DNA from: Bdellovibrionota bacterium FG-2
GTDB lineage: Bacteria; Bdellovibrionota; UBA1018
Reading direction: 5' to 3'
Length of the DNA: 56,067 nt
Assembly (NCBI GenBank): GCA_051382305.1
Contig: JBBCAV010000224.1
Span: 1-56,067 of the forward strand
Below, piece by piece: positions 37,365 to 47,621 of the stretch (position 1 is its first letter; each line of letters begins with the position of its first letter). A model generated the notes under the pieces. The model ran no database searches and had not been told where the DNA came from. It saw only the letters and a list, made by a program, of their open reading frames with translations. The translations under genes and the position numbers were made by a program.

Positions 37365-38246
37365 CTACTTCAAACAATCTGGATGAAGCAATTTTGCAGC
37401 AAAATCTCCATACTTAATCGCTAAGCCCACACACGCTTCGCGATCCAAAGGGCACTGAAGCGGACGCCCAAACTTGGCCTCTAACTTTTCGATTCGGCTC
37501 CGGACGTGCGATTCAAATTTAGCATCCCGATAACTGCTACAGTTAATCGCCTCATCCCAGCCCGAATCGACAAAATCCGCAAAAGTAAAAAGAACCGCGC
37601 GCTTCCAAGTCTTCCCGTCGCAAACAATATAGGCCGACTCCGCCCCAAGTCCCAAAGCGCGCTCCCAAAAATGCATTCCGTTAAAGTTCGCGACCCGATC
37701 ACCAAAAGAATTCACACCCGTGGTCGCAAGCCCGAAGAAACCCTCTTCTGAATCCACCCCATATTGAAGAGCATCTTCAATACTACCGCCGTCTCTGTAA
37801 GCCCGAGAAAATTCTTCAAACCCTTCATCAAAAAAATGCCCTATCTTATCGGTCCCCACGAGGACCCCGTTTAACTGAATAACACTTGCAAGGCCGAGTC
37901 TGCCTAAATGAACAGGCGCATTCTGCCAAACCTTGATGTCTTGATAAACCGACTTAGAAAGTTTTAGTCGTTGCTTAAAAACCTCGGGACTCCGATCCGC
38001 CCAACCTTCGAGCTGTCCTCGAAAAGGCCGCAAAAACTGTTCTTTTAAAGAAAGGATCAAAAAATCATCATCGCAAATCATAAACTGATTGGCGTCTTCA
38101 ACGGCTAAATCCAACCTACGATTGACTTCTTGATCCAAGATCGGAAGGACTTCGTGATATTCAGCAAAACGAAGGGTAAATTCATCGACCTCAGCAGCAA
38201 CCGAACAAATCACGCAAAACAGGCTCATTAAGACTGCGATTCTCAT
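37365..38246 (-). CDS. Secreted hypothetical protein (DKxxHF motif)
   Basis: Signal peptide; GTDKIGHFF; SFGDRVANFNG; several Cys. Confidence 0.7.
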   Translation of the reverse strand: MRIAVLMSLFCVICSVAAEVDEFTLRFAEYHEVLPILDQEVNRRLDLAVEDANQFMICDDDFLILSLKEQFLRPFRGQLEGWADRSPEVFKQRLKLSKSVYQDIKVWQNAPVHLGRLGLASVIQLNGVLVGTDKIGHFFDEGFEEFSRAYRDGGSIEDALQYGVDSEEGFFGLATTGVNSFGDRVANFNGMHFWERALGLGAESAYIVCDGKTWKRAVLFTFADFVDSGWDEAINCSSYRDAKFESHVRSRIEKLEAKFGRPLQCPLDREACVGLAIKYGDFAAKLLHPDCLK

Positions 38247-38300
38247 CCCAAACTCATAGAAAAACTGGGTCTAAAAGTCAAAAGAGAATCCCGGAATTTA

Positions 38301-38711
38301 CTAGGCCGTCCTTCGCCGTCGGTGCTTCCGTTTCGCTCGACGTTCAGGTCTGGGAATCAAGACTAAGGGGGCCCCTTCGATCGATTCTTCTTTGAGCGGC
38401 TCATGGGCGTGGGTCAGCTCACTCCCCTGCAGCCCTGAAGAGTGCTCATCGCCACTGAGCTCATCTCCCTCTCGCCCTTCTTCAGCCATATCCATCTCGT
38501 ATCGATCCATCAAAAGATTCACGGGCGTCTCAGAATTCGCTTCAGGGGCATTCTCATCCCCATGGTGATGAAGAATCTCATCGCCCCTTAAGGTGCCCTC
38601 TTCACACATATCCAATTGTTGTTCAATCGACCCGGGCGCGCAGAATTCGGGCTCGATTCCGCCGGGTTCCAAAAGTTCGGCCATTTGCTCTTTGGGTCTC
38701 TTATGCAACAT
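38301..38711 (-). CDS. Acidic low-complexity hypothetical protein with basic tail
   Basis: E/D-rich 136-aa ORF overlapping the end of the CBS gene. Confidence 0.55.
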   Translation of the reverse strand: MLHKRPKEQMAELLEPGGIEPEFCAPGSIEQQLDMCEEGTLRGDEILHHHGDENAPEANSETPVNLLMDRYEMDMAEEGREGDELSGDEHSSGLQGSELTHAHEPLKEESIEGAPLVLIPRPERRAKRKHRRRRTA

Positions 38712-39627
38712 TTTTCAGCTCCGAAATCTGCTCTTTATCGAGACGCGACTCAAACAAATCTCTAAAATCGCGAGGCAACTGCGCGAGCACGTTTTCGATT
38801 TCTCCGGCATCAATGTGGTCCTGAAGACCCGCATAAAACGCTTGCGCAATTTGCCGCGCAAGCCCCTCATCAAGTTCAAATCTGCTTGCGAAATCACCGA
38901 TCACCTTCTCGGCCGTCAAACTTCGATCAGGACCTGGGCGAAGTCGTAAGAGTGAATCCTGCAATAGCCGGGGCAGCTGCGCGATGAGTTTTGAGGCGGC
39001 CCCACAAGTCATGCGTTGCACGATCGCACCTAAAAGCAAGTGTGTGACTTGAGGGATGAGTTCCACTCCGATATCGGATTTCCTTGCCTGATCTTTATAA
39101 AAGCGCGAAAGCGTCTGACGCGAGCGAGAAACCGAACGAGGGTTCATGCGAGTCACACCCGGATCCCTACCAAGCCTTAGCCCCATTTGACGCCCTAGCT
39201 GGCGTCTGACAATTCGGGAACATGTCGAGGAATTCACCATTGATGAAGCCAGTAAGTCATCAAGGGTTACGAAGCCGATACATTTTTGGAATTCGCCTTT
39301 CACCTTGGAATCCACAATCGGAATTCGCCTGACTCCGTGGCGCTCCATCAGCTCCAAAATCTCCCCCAGCCCCTGCTTAGCAGAGGCGCAGACAACTCCT
39401 TGGGTCATGATTTTAGAGAGCGTCACACTCGTAAAAGTATAGGCCGCAGCGAGCCTAACGGCCAGGTCACGATCCGTGACAATACCAACGAGTTCGCCGT
39501 CGCCGCCGGACACAAGCACGCACCCCAAGGAATGATCTCGCATGGCGCGCGCCGCATCCGATGCTAGCGCTTCTTCGTTCATGACAACTACTTTGCGGTG
39601 AATAAAGGCCTCAATTGAAGTGTTCAT
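38701..39627 (-). CDS. CBS-pair + DUF2267 domain protein
   Basis: GIVTDRDL, GVRRIPIV; duplicated AQLP motifs in the C-terminal half. Confidence 0.8.
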   Translation of the reverse strand: MNTSIEAFIHRKVVVMNEEALASDAARAMRDHSLGCVLVSGGDGELVGIVTDRDLAVRLAAAYTFTSVTLSKIMTQGVVCASAKQGLGEILELMERHGVRRIPIVDSKVKGEFQKCIGFVTLDDLLASSMVNSSTCSRIVRRQLGRQMGLRLGRDPGVTRMNPRSVSRSRQTLSRFYKDQARKSDIGVELIPQVTHLLLGAIVQRMTCGAASKLIAQLPRLLQDSLLRLRPGPDRSLTAEKVIGDFASRFELDEGLARQIAQAFYAGLQDHIDAGEIENVLAQLPRDFRDLFESRLDKEQISELKNVA

Positions 39628-39779
39628 AATGATATCCACATGCGAGAGTTGCGCCAGAAGACACACTAAGAAATGTGCCGCAAATAGTCATAGATTTTTC
39701 AAAAAACTTCCCATAATAAAGTCAAAACGAGTTGCTTTCCGCGGGATTTGCCTTACTCTATTTTGCTTAAGGGGGATTC

Positions 39780-40460
39780 ATGATTAAAACATTTAGTTCA
39801 CTTATTCTTTTGGCAGTTTCCTTGGGCTCAGCTTCGGCACTCGCTTATACCTTCGATGGCGACGTCCCTTCGGACATCAAAACTCAGATGACTCAGGATT
39901 TGGGTTTTCTGGCAGATGTCGTGGGCAATGGAACCTCCGGTCTGCATCAGAAAATTTTTGGAGCCGTTGCGGGCCCTGCTTACAAAACCTTCTTCGAATC
40001 CCGTGTCACCGGGATCGGCATGAACAGCTGCGGGAGTGCAAAAGCCGTGGCGTGCGTGATTCCCTTTTATAATCCCAAGAAAATGTGGCTCACGCAAAAC
40101 TTCATCAAATTCAGCCACCCGCAAATTGCCCGACTCATGATCGTTTATCACGAGTCCCGGCACACGGAATCCAACAATGGCAACTGGTCGCATGCAACTT
40201 GCCCTACGCCTTTTGTGGATGAAGCCGGCAAAGAAATCACCAGCATCTGGACCGGATCCACGCTCGCCGGTGAAGCGGCTTGCGACATTACGCCGCTTGG
40301 GTCCTACGGGTCGTCGATGATTTTGCTCAAAAATATTTCGAAATTTTGCGCAAACTGTAACGAAAAAGTCAAAATGGATTCTGGCTTCTATGCGGATGAC
40401 CAATTCAAACGCATCATCAACGCCGACGCCATCAGCGCCATTAAGAAAGACCTGTATTAA
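39780..40460 (+). CDS. Secreted Cys-rich protein with HExxH motif (putative zinc peptidase)
   Basis: Signal peptide (ASALA); YHESRH; six Cys. Confidence 0.65.
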   Translation: MIKTFSSLILLAVSLGSASALAYTFDGDVPSDIKTQMTQDLGFLADVVGNGTSGLHQKIFGAVAGPAYKTFFESRVTGIGMNSCGSAKAVACVIPFYNPKKMWLTQNFIKFSHPQIARLMIVYHESRHTESNNGNWSHATCPTPFVDEAGKEITSIWTGSTLAGEAACDITPLGSYGSSMILLKNISKFCANCNEKVKMDSGFYADDQFKRIINADAISAIKKDLY

Positions 40461-40468
40461 GAATTCAG

Positions 40469-41203
40469 GTGAGACGTAAGCTTTTATTAGCCTCCGGAGC
40501 GTTGGTCATCGCGATTGGATGGGTTGTTATACATCGGGCTATGCAACGCCCCATTCACCCACTCAGCTCGAGTCCAACCTCCGGAGATTTTTACGAAAAT
40601 AGAGTCGCGCCCGAGCCATCCGCAGCTCCAATACCAACACCGTCTTCCACGATTACGCCGGCTCGAACCTCTCCAGCATGGCAGGACGCCAAAAATCGGG
40701 TGGCGATTCTCAATGAAATCTTGATTTCCAAAAACGACAACGACCCACGACTTGACACTGAGTTTCGCAAACTCACTCCCGCGACAAAGACGCTGCTGCA
40801 GGACCGCTACAAAGCGATTTTGCCTGAAAAGAGAAACGAACTAGGCACCATTGTTTTTTTGATAGGCCGCGAAGTCGAAACTGCTGAGGATTGGTCCTTC
40901 TTAGGCGAAATCGTCACGAGCGCGCCCTGCTTAAGCTTGAGCGATTGCACCAAAGAGGACCCGGTCGATACCGGGAGCGATGAAAAACACCTTGATAGCG
41001 CAAATGCGCTGACGCTGGCCTACCCTGAAGTGGTCTCGGTTGCGAGTGCGCAGAAGTTTCTTGAAACGCATTCCAAGCTCAGCCCTGCGCAAGCAACTTT
41101 AGTGCGCGAGTTCTTGGAAAAAGCACAAGCCTCACCCGTGGATCGCGTTTCAAGAAAAGCGCGGGAGCTTGCAACACAGTATTCGCAAAGTCTCACACCT
41201 TGA
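40469..41203 (+). CDS. Membrane-anchored hypothetical protein
   Basis: N-terminal TM, Pro/Thr linker, helical domain (NDNDPRLD, CLSLSDC). Confidence 0.65.
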   Translation: MRRKLLLASGALVIAIGWVVIHRAMQRPIHPLSSSPTSGDFYENRVAPEPSAAPIPTPSSTITPARTSPAWQDAKNRVAILNEILISKNDNDPRLDTEFRKLTPATKTLLQDRYKAILPEKRNELGTIVFLIGREVETAEDWSFLGEIVTSAPCLSLSDCTKEDPVDTGSDEKHLDSANALTLAYPEVVSVASAQKFLETHSKLSPAQATLVREFLEKAQASPVDRVSRKARELATQYSQSLTP

Positions 41204-41316
41204 GATGCGCCAATCATACCTTATGCAACATCGTACCGTGCAAGTTTCCTATCCTCGCCTCAGCCTCAGTTACGGCCCTGAGCGCAATCTCAAAACCCGT
41301 CGGCAACGGTACGTCA

Positions 41317-43755
41317 TCATGCGATTCTCTCAGGTGATTTTATCGGAAGTTCGACAATGAAAAGGGAACCCTTGCCTAGTTCACTTTCAACACGAATAGT
41401 GCCCCCGTGAGCCTCAACGATTTGCCGAGTGATAAACAAACCAAGCCCCAGGCCCCCAAAGCTCTTAAGCGAAACCGCGCGTTCGAATCGCTCAAAGATT
41501 CTCGCCTGATCGATCTTGGCGACACCTATGCCGTGGTCTTGAAATGAAATTCTGGCCTTCTCGCCATCGAGCTTAGCCGTGATTTGGAGGGGTTTTCCTG
41601 CTCCATATTTCATCGCGTTTGTGAGAAGATTTGAAATGACTTGTTCAATTCGAATTCGGTCCCAAGAGCCGATAATCGCACCCTCGATTCGAACACTCAC
41701 CACGCACTCTGCCCTGCTTAACTCAGGCTCAAATCGCTTGATGAGGCCGCGTATAAGTTCGGAAAGTTCGACTTTCTCAATATTAAGTGTCAATCGTCCT
41801 GCGCCGATACGAGAACCGTCCAATAGATCATTTACTAAGGTAGAAAAACGTCCTAACTGCTGTCGCGAAATCTTAAATAGCGCGGATGCCTTTTCTTTCG
41901 TTAAATTAACAAGTGTTCCCTGCTCAAACATACGATCGAGAAGTTGTATTTGCATCCCTAAAGAGGTCAGCGGTGTTTTTAACTCATGCGAGGCAATTGA
42001 AAGAAAATCATCACGAAGTCGTATAGCCTCCTGCGCTTCTTTATAAAGACGGGCATTTTCCAGAGCAACAGAACAGCGGCGAGCGAGCTCTTTCGCAAAC
42101 TCTAAGTCTGAAACATTATAGCGTCGCGATTCCTGTGAGGACGCAATTAGGAGCGCGCCCAATACGTATTCGCGCGACGAAAGCGGCACAACCATAAAAG
42201 ACTTTAGGCCGAGCGCCTGAATTGTCTGTAAATGGTTTGGATCGCGAATACCCAGCTGATTGTTCGTGACCTCAGACGTGAACTCAGAACTGAGCAATGC
42301 CTCTCCAGTACGAATCACCCCCGGAATGCCCTCGAGAGCCTCCATATCAGGAATATAGTGCTCAAGCTTGCGTGCCACCGCAGCTTTTGAAGGATCAGCG
42401 ACCACTGCTAGGTTCCGAACCCCTACGCTTTCGTCGCGCAATATCACCATACACCAATCAGCAAGATGAGGTACCGCGAGCTGAACCACCTCGTTGAGAG
42501 TAGATTCGTAATTTAAGGAACTTGTAAGAATCCGTCCGGCGTCGGATAAAAAATCACTTCGCCACTTTGTGCATTCGACCTCTTGCCGAGCATTGCGCTC
42601 TTGAACAAGAAGACGTTCCTTTTCCTGCTCTGTTCGTTTCCGCTTCGAAATATCGATCATCGTGCTTAAAACGAAATTTACCTTATCGATGTGGAGAGGC
42701 GTAAGTGCGATTTCCACCGGGATTTCTGTCCCATCTTTTCGAAGAGCAAAGAGATCACGCTGTGCGACGTGCGCGCTTCGAAAATGTTCTGGAACTAGTA
42801 TCTCCACGGGCTTGCCAACGAGTTCAGCGTGGCCATATCCAAATAGCGTTTCTGCCCGGGAGTTTGTGAGAGCGATTATTCCGCGATCATCTGACATGAT
42901 CAGCGCCGCAGGGCTAGATTCGAAGATAAGTCGAAACCGAGTCTCGCTCTCCAGCAAGGCATCTTCCGCGTATTTACGGTCCGTTATATCTCTGTGTGTC
43001 AGCACCACTTGTTGAATGCGTCCGTTCGAATCCCTGATCGGGTAAATATGTCCTTCGACCCAACGCGGACGCCCCCCCATGCCCAGTACCTGAGGGTCGT
43101 ACAGAATCAGAGGAATCGTCGTAACTTCTCCGGCGAAGCCGCGCTTGATGTAAGGCATGATCCCTTTTGTAACGAGTTGCAGATCTTCGAGAATCAGGTA
43201 TTTCTTCAGTATAAAGTTATCAATCGTGGCTTGATCAAATCCCCACAGTTTTTTCATCGCTGGATTGACCCCAATCGTGCGTCCGTCGGCTGAAAGCAGC
43301 TGAGTACTAAAAGGTGATTGCTCAAAAGCCCCTCGAAAGCGCTCTTCCGAGGCTTTCAAATCTCCTTCGGCCTTCTTCATTTCAGTGATGTCACGAGAGA
43401 TTCCAACAAGACCGATGACACTTCCGTTAGCGTCACGATGGGGGGATTTCGTTGTTAGAAAAATCTTTGTTTTCCCTGATGGGAAAGTCAGTGTCTCCTC
43501 AAAAGTTTGCGTCTGCCCAGTCTCCATAACTCGGCGATCATCTTGAAAAACCTTTTTCCCAGAATCGCCACAAATAACCTCACAAGGAAGCTTACCGATG
43601 ACCTCTTCTGGAGAAGATGCACCCATAGCCTCAATCGTTGCGGAATTCGCAACCATAATACGACACTCTAGATCCTTCATAAATACAGGATCGCTGATCG
43701 CTTCAATAAGCGCCCTGGGTACGCACTCATGCTCACTACAAATTAAAGTCTTCAT
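41317..43755 (-). CDS. Cytoplasmic sensor histidine kinase (3 PAS + GAF)
   Basis: PAS/PAC repeats (RDITE, RDITD, IDISKRK), GAF, SHELKTPL, NAMKY, DHGIG, GLGLGL; ATGA coupling. Confidence 0.93.
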   Translation of the reverse strand: MKTLICSEHECVPRALIEAISDPVFMKDLECRIMVANSATIEAMGASSPEEVIGKLPCEVICGDSGKKVFQDDRRVMETGQTQTFEETLTFPSGKTKIFLTTKSPHRDANGSVIGLVGISRDITEMKKAEGDLKASEERFRGAFEQSPFSTQLLSADGRTIGVNPAMKKLWGFDQATIDNFILKKYLILEDLQLVTKGIMPYIKRGFAGEVTTIPLILYDPQVLGMGGRPRWVEGHIYPIRDSNGRIQQVVLTHRDITDRKYAEDALLESETRFRLIFESSPAALIMSDDRGIIALTNSRAETLFGYGHAELVGKPVEILVPEHFRSAHVAQRDLFALRKDGTEIPVEIALTPLHIDKVNFVLSTMIDISKRKRTEQEKERLLVQERNARQEVECTKWRSDFLSDAGRILTSSLNYESTLNEVVQLAVPHLADWCMVILRDESVGVRNLAVVADPSKAAVARKLEHYIPDMEALEGIPGVIRTGEALLSSEFTSEVTNNQLGIRDPNHLQTIQALGLKSFMVVPLSSREYVLGALLIASSQESRRYNVSDLEFAKELARRCSVALENARLYKEAQEAIRLRDDFLSIASHELKTPLTSLGMQIQLLDRMFEQGTLVNLTKEKASALFKISRQQLGRFSTLVNDLLDGSRIGAGRLTLNIEKVELSELIRGLIKRFEPELSRAECVVSVRIEGAIIGSWDRIRIEQVISNLLTNAMKYGAGKPLQITAKLDGEKARISFQDHGIGVAKIDQARIFERFERAVSLKSFGGLGLGLFITRQIVEAHGGTIRVESELGKGSLFIVELPIKSPERIA

Positions 43756-44138
43756 CTTTTCGCACTCCCTGGCGCACCACAAGCATCCTGCACTGCCCCA
43801 AGGAGTTTTTCGAGGTCTATCGGTTTTTCAATGACTTTCCTGGCTTGAATCGTATCTGCCCGATTGCCATAGGCGGTAACTACCACAATGGGAATAGTCG
43901 CGAGTGCAGCATCCTTCTGAATTTCCGCGGCAAATTCCCATCCGTTCATCACGGGCATCATCAAATCGAGAAGAATTAGACTGGGTCGCGGAATTCTTTG
44001 CAGAACTTCGAGCCCGTCTTTGCCGTTGGAAGCCGTAAAAACGGAGTACCCTTCGAGCTCCAGGAAAATTTTGAGCATCTCCTGAATCCCGTCGTCGTCT
44101 TCAACGACTAAGATGGGGCGGTTTATTTGTAAAAGCAT
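43752..44138 (-). CDS. Single-domain response regulator
   Basis: ILVVEDD, LLDLMMPVMNG, VTA, KP. Confidence 0.92.
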   Translation of the reverse strand: MLLQINRPILVVEDDDGIQEMLKIFLELEGYSVFTASNGKDGLEVLQRIPRPSLILLDLMMPVMNGWEFAAEIQKDAALATIPIVVVTAYGNRADTIQARKVIEKPIDLEKLLGAVQDACGAPGSAKR

Positions 44139-44229
44139 TGTTCCCAACAGCATAATTGTCATGGATGACGGTTGCAAGCTCCGTACGAAAAAGATGCCCT
44201 CCTTTCAAATACTTAGTCGGAATTCCGTC

Positions 44230-45180
44230 CTACTCCGTCGTCGCCACCGAAACCTGAATCACATCGCTATACGCTCCCGCTAGCCTGTTATCGACAGCAA
44301 GCACCGTGACCGCGACCGGAGCCACCACGCCACTCGGAGCCGTCTGGCCGCCTCCAGTCAGTACCGTGACCGGCGACCCCGCGGCCAGCGTCACAGGAGT
44401 GCCCGACACACTAAACTGATAAGGAACCGTGGTCGACACTGCGGGGTTTTGATGCTTCATCACGCCCCCGTTGGCCGAAGACACAGACACGGCGTAGCCT
44501 GCGTTGGTCGAGACCCGAAAATCAAAGCTTGCCACCGCGCCGTTGACCAACGTTCCAAAATTCATGGACAGCGCCGTGGCGCCCGCATCAAACGCGCCGC
44601 CGGTGGGGACCATCGAAAGCTGAATAACTTTGGGAAGCACCATACTGATCGTGACATTGTGGGAATCCGTTGATGAATGTGAACCGGGAGAAAACGCGCC
44701 TTTATAGAGACGAATACGAAACGTATCTGTATACGTTCCCGATCTTTTCCAAGTCGGAGCAGACACTCCCGCCTGCGGAACCGAAAGATAATAGGTAAAG
44801 GTCTGCACCACCCCTGAGTTTGGGGTATTGAAAAACTCCCCCACCAAAACCTCCGAACTCACAAGAGTGTCAGGAGGCGTCTTCAATACACTACCCAACC
44901 CCGCGTCTCCATAAAGCTGATAGCCGATCGTGTTTGCGCCGGAAACTAACCTTCGTGTCAGGTAACTTGAGGCACCCCCATCGGAAAACCCCAAGTAGTA
45001 CTGACATCCCTTCTTCGAATGATTAGTGACCAAAAAAGTAACCGCTTGGGAGGAAAAACTGGAGTTCCAAGTCAGAACCACATTACTCGCACTAATAACA
45101 GGGTCACAGGTCGCCGCAAAACATTCGTTCGCACCCAAACTCACACTCAACAACCCCAAAACCAGTAAAACCAATCTCAT
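44230..45180 (-). CDS. Two-domain Csu/spore-coat-U-type fimbrial tip adhesin
   Basis: Signal peptide; YQLY; GTYTDT and GAYSDVIQVSV domain ends. Confidence 0.8.
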   Translation of the reverse strand: MRLVLLVLGLLSVSLGANECFAATCDPVISASNVVLTWNSSFSSQAVTFLVTNHSKKGCQYYLGFSDGGASSYLTRRLVSGANTIGYQLYGDAGLGSVLKTPPDTLVSSEVLVGEFFNTPNSGVVQTFTYYLSVPQAGVSAPTWKRSGTYTDTFRIRLYKGAFSPGSHSSTDSHNVTISMVLPKVIQLSMVPTGGAFDAGATALSMNFGTLVNGAVASFDFRVSTNAGYAVSVSSANGGVMKHQNPAVSTTVPYQFSVSGTPVTLAAGSPVTVLTGGGQTAPSGVVAPVAVTVLAVDNRLAGAYSDVIQVSVATTE

Positions 45181-47615
45181 TTGATACTCCTCATCTGAAG
45201 CTTACCCACTTCAAAAATACCCGCTTTGTGGCTCGGGATTTCAAAAGTCTTCGACTCCCATTTTTCATCAAACAACCGAATGACATAAACCCCTGCTTTG
45301 AATCCTTCCAATCGGAAACGCCCTTGGCGGGTCGTAAAAAACGTCACACTCTTCCACTTTGAATCGCTCAAACAATTAATCTCACCCGACACAAGTGCAA
45401 GCGACGCGCCCTCTTCAGTTTGCAGTGTACCCGACAAAATCAAATCCGCATCGGTTCCAACTTTTAAATAGGCACCACTTTTATATGTGGGCAAAAGGGT
45501 GAAGCGTTCTTCTCCCAGGCTTAAACCTGGCGTCACAAGCGAGGGATCAAGTTGAAGTTCGCTGGGCCGATAAGACGCAAGATCTGAAATCACCCCCGCC
45601 CCCAACCCGTCAGCTCGTGCGCGATAATGAGATTCGCTCGTAGGATTGAGCGCAATGACTTCATTGCTCAATCGCTCATTGGGCGTCACCAAAACAAAAC
45701 TATCTCGAACCACTCGACTCCACGCCAGATGCCCGCCCGCCAACACAAGGGCCGTTTGCGCCCGAAGCGCTGTCCGATAGGTTGTGGTGCCTCCCGTGGG
45801 CGCACGCGTTGCCGTTTGAGTCGCGCCAAGCTGCATACGATTAGCGGTATAATCCGTACGCGCTTCAAGCGTTTTTTGCCCAGCGGTATCATCAATTCGC
45901 GCCCCAAAATTTGCGCGCCCGGGCTCCGAAGGAGAACCCGTGGTCCAATCGATATGAGAAGACTTCGATTGGGTGTCCACCGAAGCATTCACGTATTGAT
46001 CGGTACCTGGAAACGCCTGACTCAAAAGCAGAAAAACACTTTGCTCATTTTGCGCCGTTTCCATTCGTTTCGCATTAAAAGTGACACTCGCCTGCAGCGA
46101 AGAAAACAAAGTTCGATTCAAAGTCAAATTAACCGAGCGCGGATTCGCAAGATACCCCAACTCCTTGCGCGCCCAAGAATAATCAAATCCCACCGAGGCC
46201 CCACAAATTTTCCAGAGCTGCTGACTGTACAAAGCCGAAAGGGTCTCTGAAACAGGATTTAAAGGAGTGCTCATTCCTAGCGGCAAAAAATTCACACCAA
46301 CCCTCTCCGCACCGACGCTTAGACTTCGCGGTGAAGCGTTATACCCCTTGTAATCCGTAAGCGTGTACCTAAGCCGTGCCGCACTCCCCTGAAAGCCCCC
46401 AAAACGCAACGAATAGGCCGGATCGAGATTCCAGGTCCCTATTGCCGTGGCCCACGAAACGCCAAGGCCAAACACCGACTGATGATGATCGCCTTGTCCA
46501 TTCACCCCCAAGGTCAAACGATCGGTGATCCCCACGCGGTGACTTGCGGACACCGTAAAAGCATCACGAGAATATCGATAGTGAGGCCCCTCGGAGGCTG
46601 AAGGCACGCCGAGCGCATAGGTGAACTGAGAGATTCCAGGTCTCAGCAGTTCAGACTCCCATGCATAATCCAAGAGCATCGTTTCATGGCGCCCTAAAAT
46701 GTCATCAATCTCCAGGCGCACGACACTGACGCCGCCGCCCAAAGGGAGATCCGTGAGCTTATGTTTTCCGGCATCTAGATCCAGAGTTCGAACGAGATTA
46801 CCATTAACGTAAACACGAACCGTGGAGCGGACTTTAAGAAAAATTTCTCGCTCCGCGACTGGAAAACTAAGCTGGGTAGGCCGCAAATCAAAATTTCGAG
46901 TGGCCATCAGCCCCGCCATCGGACGAAAACGCTGATAGCCGGTCACCGGAAAATTCAAATCCCCGCCCGCAAAACGCACTTGCTGTGCCGGCAAATCCCG
47001 CACCACGCGAACATCGCCCCGCTGCCAAGAAGGAGACGTGATTGATTCCCGGGATTCCGTGTATCCCGCCTGCCCTTCCAAAACCCATGACTTTGCGTTT
47101 GCGGCCGTTTCAAACTGAAGATTCACAGGCTGACGTCCGTTAACACCGTAGGGCTGATTCCAGGTGATATCTTCGTTAGCAAATACGTTCACGTATGAGC
47201 TAAAAGCGCTGGGATAAATGGGATTACGATAGACCCGCTCATCTTCCGCATAGAGAAAGGAGTGCACTTGCGATTTTCGCAGGAAAGCGGGAATTTCAAT
47301 GGCAAGCTCAACCCGCGAGGAATCAAAACGAACAACAAGCCCGGACTCCGAAAACGCCTCTTCATCTAAAAATCCTGGGGTCGAATTGCGCCTTGCACGC
47401 TCACCCAGCCTTTGCAAAACCAACGATTCAATCTTCTCAGACAAAAGCGGTTCAAGCCCACTCCAGCGGACTTTGAGCTTTGTCCCCTCAGGCAGCACAC
47501 ACTCTACGTCACCCGCATTGAGGCGATCAATGAGCACCGGAATAGGCTGAATCTGCGGCCCTCTTGCCCACAGCAACGTCGAAAACAGCAGGGGGAAGAA
47601 AAGAACTCTATTCAT
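45177..47615 (-). CDS. Fimbrial usher
   Basis: RGDVRVVRD, STVRVYVNG, LL.PG.SQF, HRVGITD.LTLG, PTYKSG. Confidence 0.9.
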   Translation of the reverse strand: MNRVLFFPLLFSTLLWARGPQIQPIPVLIDRLNAGDVECVLPEGTKLKVRWSGLEPLLSEKIESLVLQRLGERARRNSTPGFLDEEAFSESGLVVRFDSSRVELAIEIPAFLRKSQVHSFLYAEDERVYRNPIYPSAFSSYVNVFANEDITWNQPYGVNGRQPVNLQFETAANAKSWVLEGQAGYTESRESITSPSWQRGDVRVVRDLPAQQVRFAGGDLNFPVTGYQRFRPMAGLMATRNFDLRPTQLSFPVAEREIFLKVRSTVRVYVNGNLVRTLDLDAGKHKLTDLPLGGGVSVVRLEIDDILGRHETMLLDYAWESELLRPGISQFTYALGVPSASEGPHYRYSRDAFTVSASHRVGITDRLTLGVNGQGDHHQSVFGLGVSWATAIGTWNLDPAYSLRFGGFQGSAARLRYTLTDYKGYNASPRSLSVGAERVGVNFLPLGMSTPLNPVSETLSALYSQQLWKICGASVGFDYSWARKELGYLANPRSVNLTLNRTLFSSLQASVTFNAKRMETAQNEQSVFLLLSQAFPGTDQYVNASVDTQSKSSHIDWTTGSPSEPGRANFGARIDDTAGQKTLEARTDYTANRMQLGATQTATRAPTGGTTTYRTALRAQTALVLAGGHLAWSRVVRDSFVLVTPNERLSNEVIALNPTSESHYRARADGLGAGVISDLASYRPSELQLDPSLVTPGLSLGEERFTLLPTYKSGAYLKVGTDADLILSGTLQTEEGASLALVSGEINCLSDSKWKSVTFFTTRQGRFRLEGFKAGVYVIRLFDEKWESKTFEIPSHKAGIFEVGKLQMRSIK

Positions 47616-47621
47616 CGTATG

